Below are positions 52,721 to 64,000 of a DNA stretch of 64,000 nt, piece by piece. Each line of letters opens with the position of its first letter. Positions within the stretch are counted from its first letter, which is position 1. The translations under genes and the position numbers were made by a program. The notes under the pieces are model-generated. The model saw nothing but the letters and a program-made list of their open reading frames with translations, searched no databases and had not been told where the DNA came from. Source of the stretch: Massalongia carnosa (taxonomy: Eukaryota); NCBI GenBank assembly GCA_965645245.1, contig OZ287067.1:1984001-2048000 (forward strand), given 5' to 3'.

Positions 52721-54289
52721 ATGGCCAAGTCTGCACATCCTCCTGTCATAGCAGCGGTCACCAACGAATCTTTAAAGGAAAACTCTCAAAGTATAATGAG
52801 TAGCGGGAACAAGCATCAAAGCGAGCGAGTGAGCGACGTGGAAAGAACATCGATATGGAATCGCAAGCTGGACAGCGTATATTGGGTTTTCTTTGTGGTT
52901 CATGTTCCTATTATGTTGAGTGAGTATTGTTGTCTATCTCCTGTGACTCCTGTGATGATTACCCTCTATTCCTTTCAAGCTCAACTATTTAGAGTGTTTT
53001 ATATTTTTAGAATAGGAGAGCTTTGCACTACGAGAATTTTGTTTTCTTTAATTCTTTTTCTCGAATCCTTCATAAACAATCAACAATGACCAGTACTGCC
53101 TGGTAAAATTATCCTTCTACCCCAAGTACCAACGTTGTTTTCCTCTCTATCTTCTCCCAGGCTAGAATTCATCTCGTCTGCCCCGACTCTCCCGTAAGCA
53201 TCGCCTTGGTTTTGATTTTATGCGACTTCCAACTAGAAACTGACTTTCTGTAGTCATCGATCTCCCTCCCCTCTACTCCTCTCGTCTGACGCCCGCATTC
53301 ATCACGACGCTGCGAGCCTGGTACATCAAAACCTACTCTGATCGGTTCTTTACTGATCAGGCGCCAAGTTGGTTCCGCGTCTATCTATGGATGGAGGCGG
53401 GATATCATCTTCCGCTTAGCCTTTGGGCTGTGGGAGGGTTGATTAATGGTATGCGGTTGAGTTTCTTTCATGTGGGGACATCGTGATTTATTCCATCTAT
53501 TTAGTATTTTTCTTCTCCCCTCCTTTGGTTAAGAATTCAAAATGGACCGAGGGAAGCGTTGACTCGCTCCTAAAACTGCCTGTTTTATTGCCTCTCCTGT
53601 TTTGACATTGCAGCTTGCGTATCTTGTATTTACATTTCGGACTCCTCATACAGCCCGTAAACTTTCTTCCCTGCGATTCATTATTTCAATCAGATAGCGC
53701 CTTACCACTCCTTCATATCTTCTTAGATTTACCCCTCCCCTATAACTCTGCATTTCCTTTCCATCCGTCTCCCTTCTCCTATCTCATCCTCTTTACCCCA
53801 GCCCTGTATTCTTCAGCGACCTAGCAAAATGATTCCATCACCCTTACGTTTCCTCGATAGATTCTCCCCACGTCCCCCTCTACCTCCTCCCATTTGCGCT
53901 CCAAACTGCCCTTACAACCACAACTTGCATCGCAGAAATGTTATCCTGGCCACTCCCCTCGGCGCAAAAATGGGCCATGGGCTGGCTGTATGTTCCGTAC
54001 CTTTTTCTGGGTGAGTTTTTTCTTTTCATGGTGGTGTGCTGTTGCTCTTCCTTCCAATTTCTTGCCTTACATTGTATTGAAGGTTGCAATCTTATGGATG
54101 GAAACCTTACTCATGCAAGAAGTCTTTTGAGGGGAGAGCAGAAAAAAGGAAAGGGCATTTAGGGAGAACCCATTGAATTGTTAGGAGCATAACAGAAGGT
54201 TGACTAACGAGCATGAAATCCCAGCGCTGGTTATGGGCCTCGATATGTTCGTACGGCTAAAGCGGCGTTTGGGTCATTTGAATCCTTGA
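52721..54289 (+). CDS. EXPERA-domain / TMEM97 (Ema19-like) ER membrane protein, 4 exons with long introns
   Basis: RKLDSVYWVFFVVHVPIML|IDLPPLY...WYIKTYSDRFF...PSWFRVYLWMEAGYHLPLSLW|...TALTTTTCIAEM...LYVPYLFL|ALVMGLDMFVRL. The start could be 52721 or 52796. Confidence 0.85.
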
Positions 54290-55108
54290 CACCCGTCTCA
54301 AGTTCGGACAGCTTTCCAATGCGGCATACAGCCCAAATCTTTCTCGCGAACGGTTCCCTACCTAGAACTTCCCCGCCAATACACGTAGATTTTCGGATAA
54401 GCTAACTAGATAATCGGTATGAACAAAACCTATGACAAAACTCTAGTACAAGCTCCGTGGCATCTGAACCAGGATGACTAGACGCCCGAATAGCAGAGAG
54501 AGAGGAGGGAGAAGGGAACTGGAGGTGAAGAGAGTAACTATTGTGCATATAGGATGTGTTAAAGAGAACCTTACAGTTGACGATTTTCCACTCCCTCACC
54601 GCACCTCGCTTGCCCCCCTATTTTCCCTGCCGCGGTAGGTAATCCTCAAAATCTCCCTTTCCACTCACTCCTCGCCACTTTCCCCCTAACCCAAATTCAA
54701 CCCTTTATAAAACCAAAACCCACTTTCCACACTCACCCACCACCCTTTCTCACCCCCGGCGCCCTCCCTTTATGATTTAATTCTCGCCATGTTATGGACT
54801 AGCTTTCGTCAGCTCACCGCCAGACGCTTTTTATATAAAGATGGATTTATATTTTGATATTTTACAAAAGTTCCTCTCGTTTTATTCTCCACTGTTTCTC
54901 CTCCATATTCTCCATAGTCTTTCGGGAAAAAAGAAAATCAGTACGTTGCGACTTTTCACTTGTTCGCCAACCCCGTCCGTCCCATCTCGCCCTATCTATC
55001 AATTAATCAATTCATCCTCCCTTTCGTTCTCTCATTCCCACTCTACCTCCCCTTTTTTCTCTTAACCTTTAAAGAGTTTCAAACTAGCCTACATTTTTGC
55101 TCCCAGCA

Positions 55109-55208
55109 TTCTATAGTCCCAGTCCTCTCCTCTCGTCTTCATAACTCCCATCCCTTCTATAGTCCCAGTCCTCTCCTCTCGTCTCGTCTTCATAACTCCC
55201 ATCCCTTC
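55109..55208. repeat. ~46-bp tandem duplication in a pyrimidine-rich intergenic tract
   Basis: TTCTATAGTCCCAGTCCTCTCCTCTCGTCTTCATAACTCCCATCCC occurs twice; the second copy has a 5-bp insertion. Confidence 0.85.
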
Positions 55209-55750
55209 CATAAACCCATTCCCAGTCTCTCTCACCCTCCCCTCACGAAGTACTTAGCATTCTTCCACCCTTCCACCCGCCTTTAAATGCTACACATACA
55301 CTATATCCTTCCTTATTCTTCCATGTATTCGAAACCTGTCTTTCCCCTTCTTACCGGTGTGAGAGTGGCTTGTCACCGCGGGAGGGAGCTGGAAGAAATG
55401 TTATATTTGAGGGAGGGGGGTTTGATGATATGATAGGCTGAGCGGGTACAAGGGTAGGAAACGATAGAAGGGTCGGTCAAATCTGCCCTAACTCTCTCAT
55501 GATTAAGGATTTTATCCCGCTCAATTCATCATACTGAGAAAGTAGTCAAGCGTAGGCTATTTTGCTGGGCGAGATTGCAGATGTAATGGAATGGGAGGAC
55601 ATGAACTCAATCGGATTAGCTAATACGTTAAGTCAAGACAAGGGCTTTCATGGAGCGTTTGATCACCTTATTGACAAAACCTCCCGGTTACCAACCCTTC
55701 CCCGAAGTCTAAAAAATCTGCAAAATTTGAAACGGAAAAAAAAAACCTTC

Positions 55751-57595
55751 TCATGCATGAATCATCTGCTGAACCTTTGGATACACACTAACCATCCTTT
55801 GATAAAAATCCGGATGGTCCCGCATCAAAACATCCGGATCCCACGCAGCGGCAACGAAAATTGTATCCACCCCACTCCCGATTGGGGTCAGAAAAATCTG
55901 GCACACCTGCAATCCAATGAGGAATGCAAAGGCAAGAATAACGGGTGTGAAAGTGCCGCCGGCGTTGTAGGCCGGGGCGGTGAACTCGAGGTAGAGGAAA
56001 GCGAGCAAGGCACAGAGGTAGGCGACGAAGGTGGAGCCCATGGTTAGGACAGGGCCAATTAGGCAGTCGTTAACGAGGGCGTCAATGCCACGGTCTTTCA
56101 TCATTCTGGGTGGGCAGCGGGATTAGTGGGTTATTTCGGATTGGGTGAGAAACGAGTGAAGGGGGATAAGGTTGAGGAAAGAGTCAAAGAACTTACTTCC
56201 ATGTGTCTTTTGCGGCGGGGATGTAGGCTTTTCCGTACAGAGCAATGTGTGAGAATGCGTAGCGATTGATAAATCTAAAGGAATAGTGGTAAGCCAATGT
56301 AATCCCAAAGAAAACATCCGATTCAGAAAAACCCACTGCACGGCCCAGTCGAGAATGCCAATGAAGCAACCTAAGATGCAAAATGCGATTGATGCAACCA
56401 TGTTGCCGGATTGCGCCTCTTGTTGCTGAGCAATACTCACGGCCTGGCGGAGCATGTTGATCAACGCAACGATCAAGGATCCAAAGCTAATACTGCCAAA
56501 GGAATAGGTCACCGCCCGGCGGAAAGCACCTCTGGTCGCGCCCCCGGGCATCCCTCCTGGCTTTCCGCTACAGAAAAACCAGGATCCGTATACCCCTGCG
56601 ATGGTGGTGTGAATGGTGTTCTTCAGCCATTCCGTGATCCAGTAGCCAGCGAATGTGATGAAAACGATCAAGCCGATCACTTTAGCGGAGGAGCAACTGC
56701 CGCCATTGCCGGACGAACAGGCTGGATTAGTTCTTCCGCTTGATGTACCTCTGCCACCGTTGGGCTCATACTTGACGTAGACGGACACGAGGGTAACCGA
56801 AAACCAGGCGCCGAACGCCAGGGCAGCGATTCCTCCAAGGGCACTAACTAGGAAAACATGGCCGAAACTTTTAGCTACATCCATTGTTGTCTGCAGCATC
56901 ACGACGCTGAATGGGATCCGTGGGATCCAGCTGATGAAGCAAATGATGCTAAAAATGCTAAAGATGGTAAAGATGATGGCGGCTGAGTAATAATGCCTAT
57001 AAAAGTAGTATATGGCGGTGCCGATACCAAATACAATATGGAGAATGCCCGTGATCCAGATGAACTGCTTTGTAAAAGCACGCGCCATGGTGAAGTATAG
57101 CCATGAGACTGCAAACGCAACAATAAGAACGAATGCAAATAGGACAACCGTGTTGGTGTTTAAGGAGAAGTTATTTGCGGAATGGTAGATGCCGCCACCA
57201 TTGAAGGCTTTGTGGGCGGAATATCCCTGCAATGAGAGCCCAGAGACAGCGGCGAACCCCAGGAAGGTCAAGATGAGCTAAAGTATAACATGCTAGTTAA
57301 CTCTCAACACTTCGGGGTAGCCTTTAGATGCAGAACATACCAAGATACCTGCCCAAAGATCATTATACTTGGGCCTGTCCACCTTGAATGCTTGGGCGAA
57401 CGTTTGCTTCCCGTCTCCGCCTTGTGGGGATCCACTGTTTTGGAAATTTTGATTGTAGTTTGGGGGAGCTTGTTGATAAGTTATTTGGTTCTGCCCTTGA
57501 GAGCCATTGGCCTGATTGTACGCTTGAGGAGGATATTGCGCCTGAGGTTGACCACTTTGGAAGTAAGTATCTGCAGCACCTCCGTGTGTAGCCAT
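55751..57595 (-). CDS. PNS1: choline transporter-like protein Pns1
   Basis: FKVDRPKYNDLWAGIL, many TM helices, SFGSISFGSLIV, INRYAFSHIALYGKAYIPAAKDTW and KDRGIDALVNDCLIG. Confidence 0.95.
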
Positions 57596-60500
57596 GGCGG
57601 GAGGAAGCTGAACAGCCGAAGAGATCTGGAGCTAATGAAACCAATGGACCGTTGACAGCGCAACTGGATATACCGAAAGCCGAAAATGACGTCGGGTCAG
57701 GGCGAAAGCGTTTAATTGTTGTTGTTTTAGGAGAATTGTAGTCTTGACATGTTGAATGGGGTATGTAAGAATACAGCGACAGCACGCAGACTCGTTCGCG
57801 ATTCAATCTGCGAATTGCCAGTCAAGTCTTGGGAGAAAGGAGGGTTATGAAATGTCAAGGAAACAACCTAGCTCGGCAAGCTAGTTAGGGCAAACCACCA
57901 AATGCACGTCAATACCAAAGTTCCTTTTCCTTGATCCCATGTTAGTTAGTGCCCGAAGTTGGCCCAGTCCACATGGTGTCGTCATTTCTCGACTCTGTAC
58001 AGAGACCACTTGGGCGTAGTTACTCAGTACTCGGTACAAGTCCGGTTCCAAACCAGGTTTTTGGACTATGGTTACCCGTGTCTCATACAGAGTATGGTAA
58101 ACTAACCATTGCTTGTAAGACTTCTTGGGTTATAAAACCCTGTTGCAAGGGCTAAATAGGAGTACTGTACTAAGTTCGTTCTCCCTGTGGAGTCGGGGGA
58201 ACCTTGCTCCGGTCCTTCTTGCTACATGCTCGCTTCAGTGCTTCCTTCCTCCACCATTTTCGTTAGCTGTCACGCTGTGTGCTTGTACTTTATACTCTTT
58301 GGATTCACATTAATAGAGTGGTGCTTTAAACGAGAAAATGGAGGTTCGGTGCTTGTGCCCATATCTCTACTAAGACGACATTCTCGTCCCTGGACTCAGG
58401 CTCCAAGGCCTGAGCTGGGATAGTATCTGTGAGCATTCCCAGGCAACAGTCAAGAGTTACAAACATGGTGCCGGTGGCCATATAACAGTTGCTGCTCTTG
58501 CCACGCAAAGCACGTCGACTCTCCTTGCTGTCCTTGCTGAGCCTAGAGAATTTGTATTGCCCGTTTCAACCAGCGCAGAATACAAAGTAACTCAATTATA
58601 TCAAGAAGATTTTGAACGTCGAAGAAGTGATTGTCAAGAAACTCTAAGTTCATTCAACAGACTTGACTATTTCCCCAAAGCCATCAACAGAAAGCTGGAA
58701 TCTGGGTTAACAATCTGCTTGTCTCATACGAGATCGATAACAAGTAAAAATTTCTAGAGAAAATGACACTTGAGCATAAACGCTGTGCTGTGGCAGAAAA
58801 TACAAGACTGATCGCATCACCACAAGACGAAATATTTTGGAGATAGTGTAGTGGCGAGCCGAGTCTGCTATCGAGAGGACTGGGAGCTTCATCTTGAAAG
58901 GCGATTATCCATTGTCAGTCCTCACTCTTATGCAGATCATTGTAGCAAGATATCTACATAGGTGTTTTTTTGGGGGTGTTTTGATTGCATCGTCCAGCAC
59001 TTACACCATTTCACTAAGCGGTTTACTCATACTAGTCTTCCTGTGGGGGGTTGGGGAGATGAAAATGTATTATTGTGGCTAATACAGCATATTTTTCCTT
59101 ACAGGAGAACAACATCTCTTTGGAGGAGTCTGAGGCATTTCGTATTAAAGCTTGACTGGCTAGCAAAGCATGAAAAGACGCAGGTTTACATTTTGGCCTA
59201 TGGCCCTGGTTTACGTCAGCAATTTCATGAGGTGGAAGGATCCAGAAATGGAGCAAGAAGATATCCAGTCTTTCATCAGTTCAGGAATTGTCTGTATGAA
59301 TGAGATTAGCTTTGAGAAAATTTGATAGACCAGGTATTTAGGAGTGAGACTTTAATTCATGTCCATAGTGAGAATCTCGCCAGCTTTGAATGGTACATAG
59401 GAATTTGGTAGAAAGCATTGGTACGATCGGTTTTGTAATCGCGCGCGATAGTCGACGGGTGGATAGAGACTCTTGATAAATTTCGACATGAAGCCATTGT
59501 CATCCGTGATAGTTTCCACAGTCCTAAAGAAAAGCCTTCCGTGTTTGCTGACTTTTCCCGATATCACTGGTCTCGGCAAGGGTCCTTTTTATACTTTTCC
59601 TATGCTTTTCACATCTTATATCCTTGTCATTGACCTCAGATTGACCACCTATTTGGTCAAGCTTACAGAGTATGCACTCCAAGGTCGAGTAGGTATTTCG
59701 ATGATCATGCGGTATAACTCCTCCTTTATCGCTTTGGTCGATGCATGACCAAAGTGGGATGCAGGTACTCGAATTGAGCCCTTATCCACATCAAAGGGTC
59801 CTGGGGAAGGTACCGCTAGACTGATCCAATAGGAGACCCGGAGAATCTTAGGTAACTCTTGTACATAGTATGTATTCCCCTGCATCTTATATATCGCATT
59901 CATCTTGCATAGCGCATCCACCCCCTTGTACTAGCACCTACGTTTCTGTTACGACTTTATTGACGTAAATCAGCAGAGTATTTCAACTCTTACCAGGACT
60001 TTTCAAAAAACTATGGGGACGCTGCTCAAGGCGCTGAATGAGCTGGCTCGGCGTTGCGCCGTAAAATAGTCGCTTTAGCAAGGATCGATGTAGTATACCT
60101 GACCGCCTTGAAGGCAACCTTTGACTTGGAAAGAGCGTTCAGGCAAGCTGCATTTCGTCGGGTTGTAGAGATGATGTTGGAAAGTGAACGAAATTGCAAC
60201 TGAGTCATGAAACAGTCGTGGAAGGACACTTTCCCGCATCTTGCCGAAGGGAGGATCAAGAAACGCTCTATTCGGATTTGGATGCCAAACATAAAAGTCG
60301 TGATCGCGGCCGTTTGAGTGGTGTTACCCAAACGGATTTGCTGGACCAATGGAGCTATGGTGGCGAATTCCTTCAAACCAGTTGAAGTTACATGCATGCT
60401 GTTGAATGTCAAGGGGAATATCACTGTGCGAATTCGATCATGAAGGGAACGCCAGGTGGACCTCGATTGCTTATTGATAGGATTGCCACCTTCGCCTTGG

Positions 60501-63500
60501 AGCCTACAGTATGGCATCCAGCGCACTTGGCAGCACCCTGCAGCGGTTAGACCACGAAGCCAATACTGGAGATGCTCTATAACTGGCTGGGTGTTTCTGA
60601 ATATCTTTTCATAACACAATATGAACACAATGTCTAGGTCCTAAACAGATTCTTTGAGGTGATTATGTCCAAAATAGCCCAGCATTAGATTACGTGTCGG
60701 CAACAATATTAACCTCATGATACATCGCTGAATACTGTCTGTTCTACATTGCTTCCTTCGACTGTTTAAAGTGTATGTAAGTGATCGAGCTAACTTGCTA
60801 TGCGGCATTTACCACACTATATTTGGACGTCTAGATGCTGATCTTACAACATCATAGCGAACGGGAAAGATTACTCCTTTGGATTTTGCTTCGAAGATGA
60901 CTTGAATTGACTTGATGGTTCCCTTATCTGTTGATCCTATTGCCATTTGTACAACATGACTTGATTGGGGCTCCAAAATACGGCACCGCATGGTAGAGTA
61001 GTGTTTGTTCTTTCTTGATGGTCTAGCTCCCCCGAATCGATTTTTCAGTTGTGGTAACGATGTAGCTCTTCACCATCTGCTTGCCTTGCAGACTGCTCTG
61101 TACAAAGCACTATACCCGTTAATCCCTCCTACTCACTTGTATGCGAAGACAGACCTACTCGAAAGGTCGTTGCGCTTATGCGCTTCGACTCGCATTCTAC
61201 AGATGCAAGGCTTGTCTTGATGATGGCAAAGAGGAGTAATAGGGGACTCGTCAACTTAACGAAAACCGTCAAACAGGACTGTTTCTAAGAACCCGAAACG
61301 GCAGCTTTACAGAGCGCTGAGTCGAGGATAGACGATAACGCAATGCAATTTCGCATCGATCCTAGGTAGCTCGCATCCAAGAGGTGCCATAATCATAAGC
61401 CACGGAGTATTCCGTTCTCTTTTACTTGTCTTCCTTGGAGAGTCGGGTTGGATCGCTTTCCATCAGCTAGTTCATTCAATCCGGACAGGAGGAGAAGCAT
61501 GAGCAAACTTCAGCCATCAAATGCGAAGAGCTGAGTGGGAATGTACCTAGTCATCATGGCGAGGAAAGGTTTGTTTTTCTATTCGATTGCTGTAAATGCA
61601 CGCAGACTGCAGCAGCAAACAGTTTCGCAGGTTAGTTAGTCAGACTTTTCCATCACCAATCAAAGAAGCCGCGATTGGGTAGAAGGGATCCAGTTGAAGG
61701 TCACGTTTGCGATATCACCACCGATTTGCCCCCCTGATCACTTTGATGGTTGTCATTTTGGTTCTGTAAGGGGGGGAGATTCGGGGCGAAGGAATCATGA
61801 ATGGGGATCGAGATGTCCCTCCTTTTCCGCCGACCAGTGGAGTCAGTATCGAAAGTGATGCTGATCGTCGATTTGCGGATTCGGCAGACTACTAGTTTCA
61901 ACGTTGAAATGCGCACTTCCCTGCTCTGTGCAGCGCTAGCCTACAAGCTAGATCCACGCCGGATTCAACTCCTTGCTGTACGGTATAGAGTACTCTGTAC
62001 TCTCTAGATGATTGTTCTGCTCGGCATGGTTGTATCAAGGATGCGAAAGCACCCCTATCACTCCCTCGTGCCCGTGCTTGTGCCCATGCTCGTGCTTCAT
62101 GCTTTGTACTTTGTGCTCATGTGTGAGACCAATCAGCCATCTTGCTTATTCTAAAACATATCACTCGATTCGCCTTTTATTGCCCTTCCACTTTCCCGTC
62201 TTTCGCATCTGCACCATGCGTGTGCTAACTGGCTGGCCGCAAGCGAGGAGCTGAACAGATAATGCTCCCCCATTCTCTCCCAAAATAGATGACTTCCAAA
62301 AATTTTTTTTTAACAGATAGGATTCATCTGGTAGGTACTCTGCCTTGATCATCACGGATACGAATACGGAACCATTGCGGCTATTCGGGTTAGAAAGGCA
62401 GTCCACATGGCATGTCACACTTCACAAGGTTTCGAGGATAGGGCATATTTCATTTCTCGGAAGGAGTCGAATCAAGATGCATATTTATTCCATACAGTAG
62501 GTAATGCCGCAGGTTGGAGAAACAATAAACGGGGGGGGGTGAGGAAGGGGGTGCGTGGATTGGTGGACCGTAGGACCGGGACAGAGACGATCATTCAGAA
62601 CATGCTGCGAGCAGTACTCTATAACGGTCCAACGGTCGTTCCTGGGTAAGGGGCCAGGAAGATCATGGCCGTTGACAATTTACGATTTATGATTTCGGCA
62701 TCCATCACGGAAAGCCAGGTAATTTGATAAGCTCGCCTTTATCTCCGATTCCGCCGTCCTAACACAGCGTACAAAAAAGGTACGAATGCCCCGAGGAGAA
62801 AACATCCATGTAGGCACGATGAGTAGATGTGCCTTTCTCTTACTAATGGATGTCTCCCGTACTCTGTACCGAGTACATGAATGCTTGGCCCTCATCCAGC
62901 AGTGTTCGAATGCTAAATTAGAGTACTCGGAGGAACAAAGTGCTTGAAACTACTCGGTAGCTCTGGAAGGAATTGATATCTGTTGACTTGACTGTTGTGC
63001 CCGAGTATGCGTCCTCTTCTAACGGAAAGAAACTCAACACGGAATGAATGATATACAGAGCGCCGATGACACGATGATGGACACGATGATGGAGGGAGTG
63101 TGTAAAGAGTATAGTTGGTCATTCGTTGACCCATCCGGAGCTATCCCCGATACAATGGACCTCACGCATCGTCTCCCCTTTCCCTTACAGCGTGGACGAG
63201 GTACTTAGGTTAGAACCTCACTAAACTTAGTCCTCAACTTCCATCCTCCCACGTCTCCCTGCCGCCCTTCCATCCCTCTTCCCTACCGATCCTGCGCTTA
63301 GTGCAGCCCTGCCTGCACCCAAGAGCAGCTAACCAGCTTCATCTCCTCCACCAAATACTCGTGCAGCCACGCGAGACAAAAGACCAGACTGGCCGACCGA
63401 ACGCCACCGAAGACCCCTCCCCCCCCAATTCACTTCCTTCACCCAGCCAAAGGCTTCCAAATTAATGCCTTGAAATACTGAAGCCAAACCTGAACCAGGC

Positions 63501-64000
63501 CTCTTCCAACCAACCTTCGGCGCGCTGTGACCCTCCAAACCCCACGGATTACAGAATACAGAGTACTGCCTCTGCTCCTGCGTTGTTTACCGCTCGTCTG
63601 GACTATCCAATCCATTTAATCCCCCATCTCCCATCCCCCATCCCCAAAAGAGCCTCAGCTGCTGTATGAAACAGCAGGAAGAAATACAATCAATGCCCAT
63701 CGATATCAACGACATCTGTGTCAATTCTATCGGGTTTTTGGATGATCCGTTAACCTCCAGTTTATTGGCACGCTGTGGATTTCTTTCGTAACTCGTGAAT
63801 CGAGAGGGCTGCAATCGCGCAATACCTTGCCACCCGGGGTGTTGCTCGAGTATACCTTCGCGGCCGCCCACCGAATGTGAGTTGTGTGCTCTAAAGTGTG
63901 TCTTGGTTCTCGCGCGAATTGTAACTCGGCCTTCCGAACCAGCTGCGGCCTTCAGCCTGGCTGCGTATGTTAAAGGTGCACTTGACATTCTACTGCTCGA

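Noticed and set aside
62060..62125. Degenerate hexamer repeat (CYYGTG-like)
   Set aside because: Short, irregular low-complexity tract with no spacer structure.

Overview
Eukaryotic DNA from a filamentous ascomycete (Pezizomycotina). Introns are short GT-AG with CTRAC-type branch sites. The window opens inside a decayed Ty3/Gypsy chromodomain LTR retrotransposon (minus strand, 5' LTR 6389-6574). A dense housekeeping block follows: SmE, FAU1, ROT1, a long-chain acyl-CoA synthetase, an ADAL-like deaminase, an RKM5-like methyltransferase, PGI1, YPK1, ADA2, a DUF2415 protein, mitochondrial Hsp70, GVP36, ARV1, an Arg/Glu-rich protein, NDT80, an EXPERA/TMEM97-like protein and PNS1. Gene-poor stretches at about 45-52 kb and 58-64 kb carry gene relics. 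The most notable signals missing from the ORF track: (1) a 243-bp MITE with CAC...GTG ends and a 5-bp target duplication, the signature of Transib/RAG-like transposons; (2) a Tc1/mariner element inserted into the TIR of a second MITE with a 9-bp TSD; (3) a perfect 95-bp hairpin in the YPK1/ADA2 divergent promoter; (4) a hidden two-exon small membrane-protein gene with one in-frame TAA; (5) a (GGA)36 expansion inside the ARV1 zinc-binding motif; (6) strong intergenic enrichment of TACAGAGTA/TACTCTGTA. All identifications come from reading motifs by eye; no database search was run.
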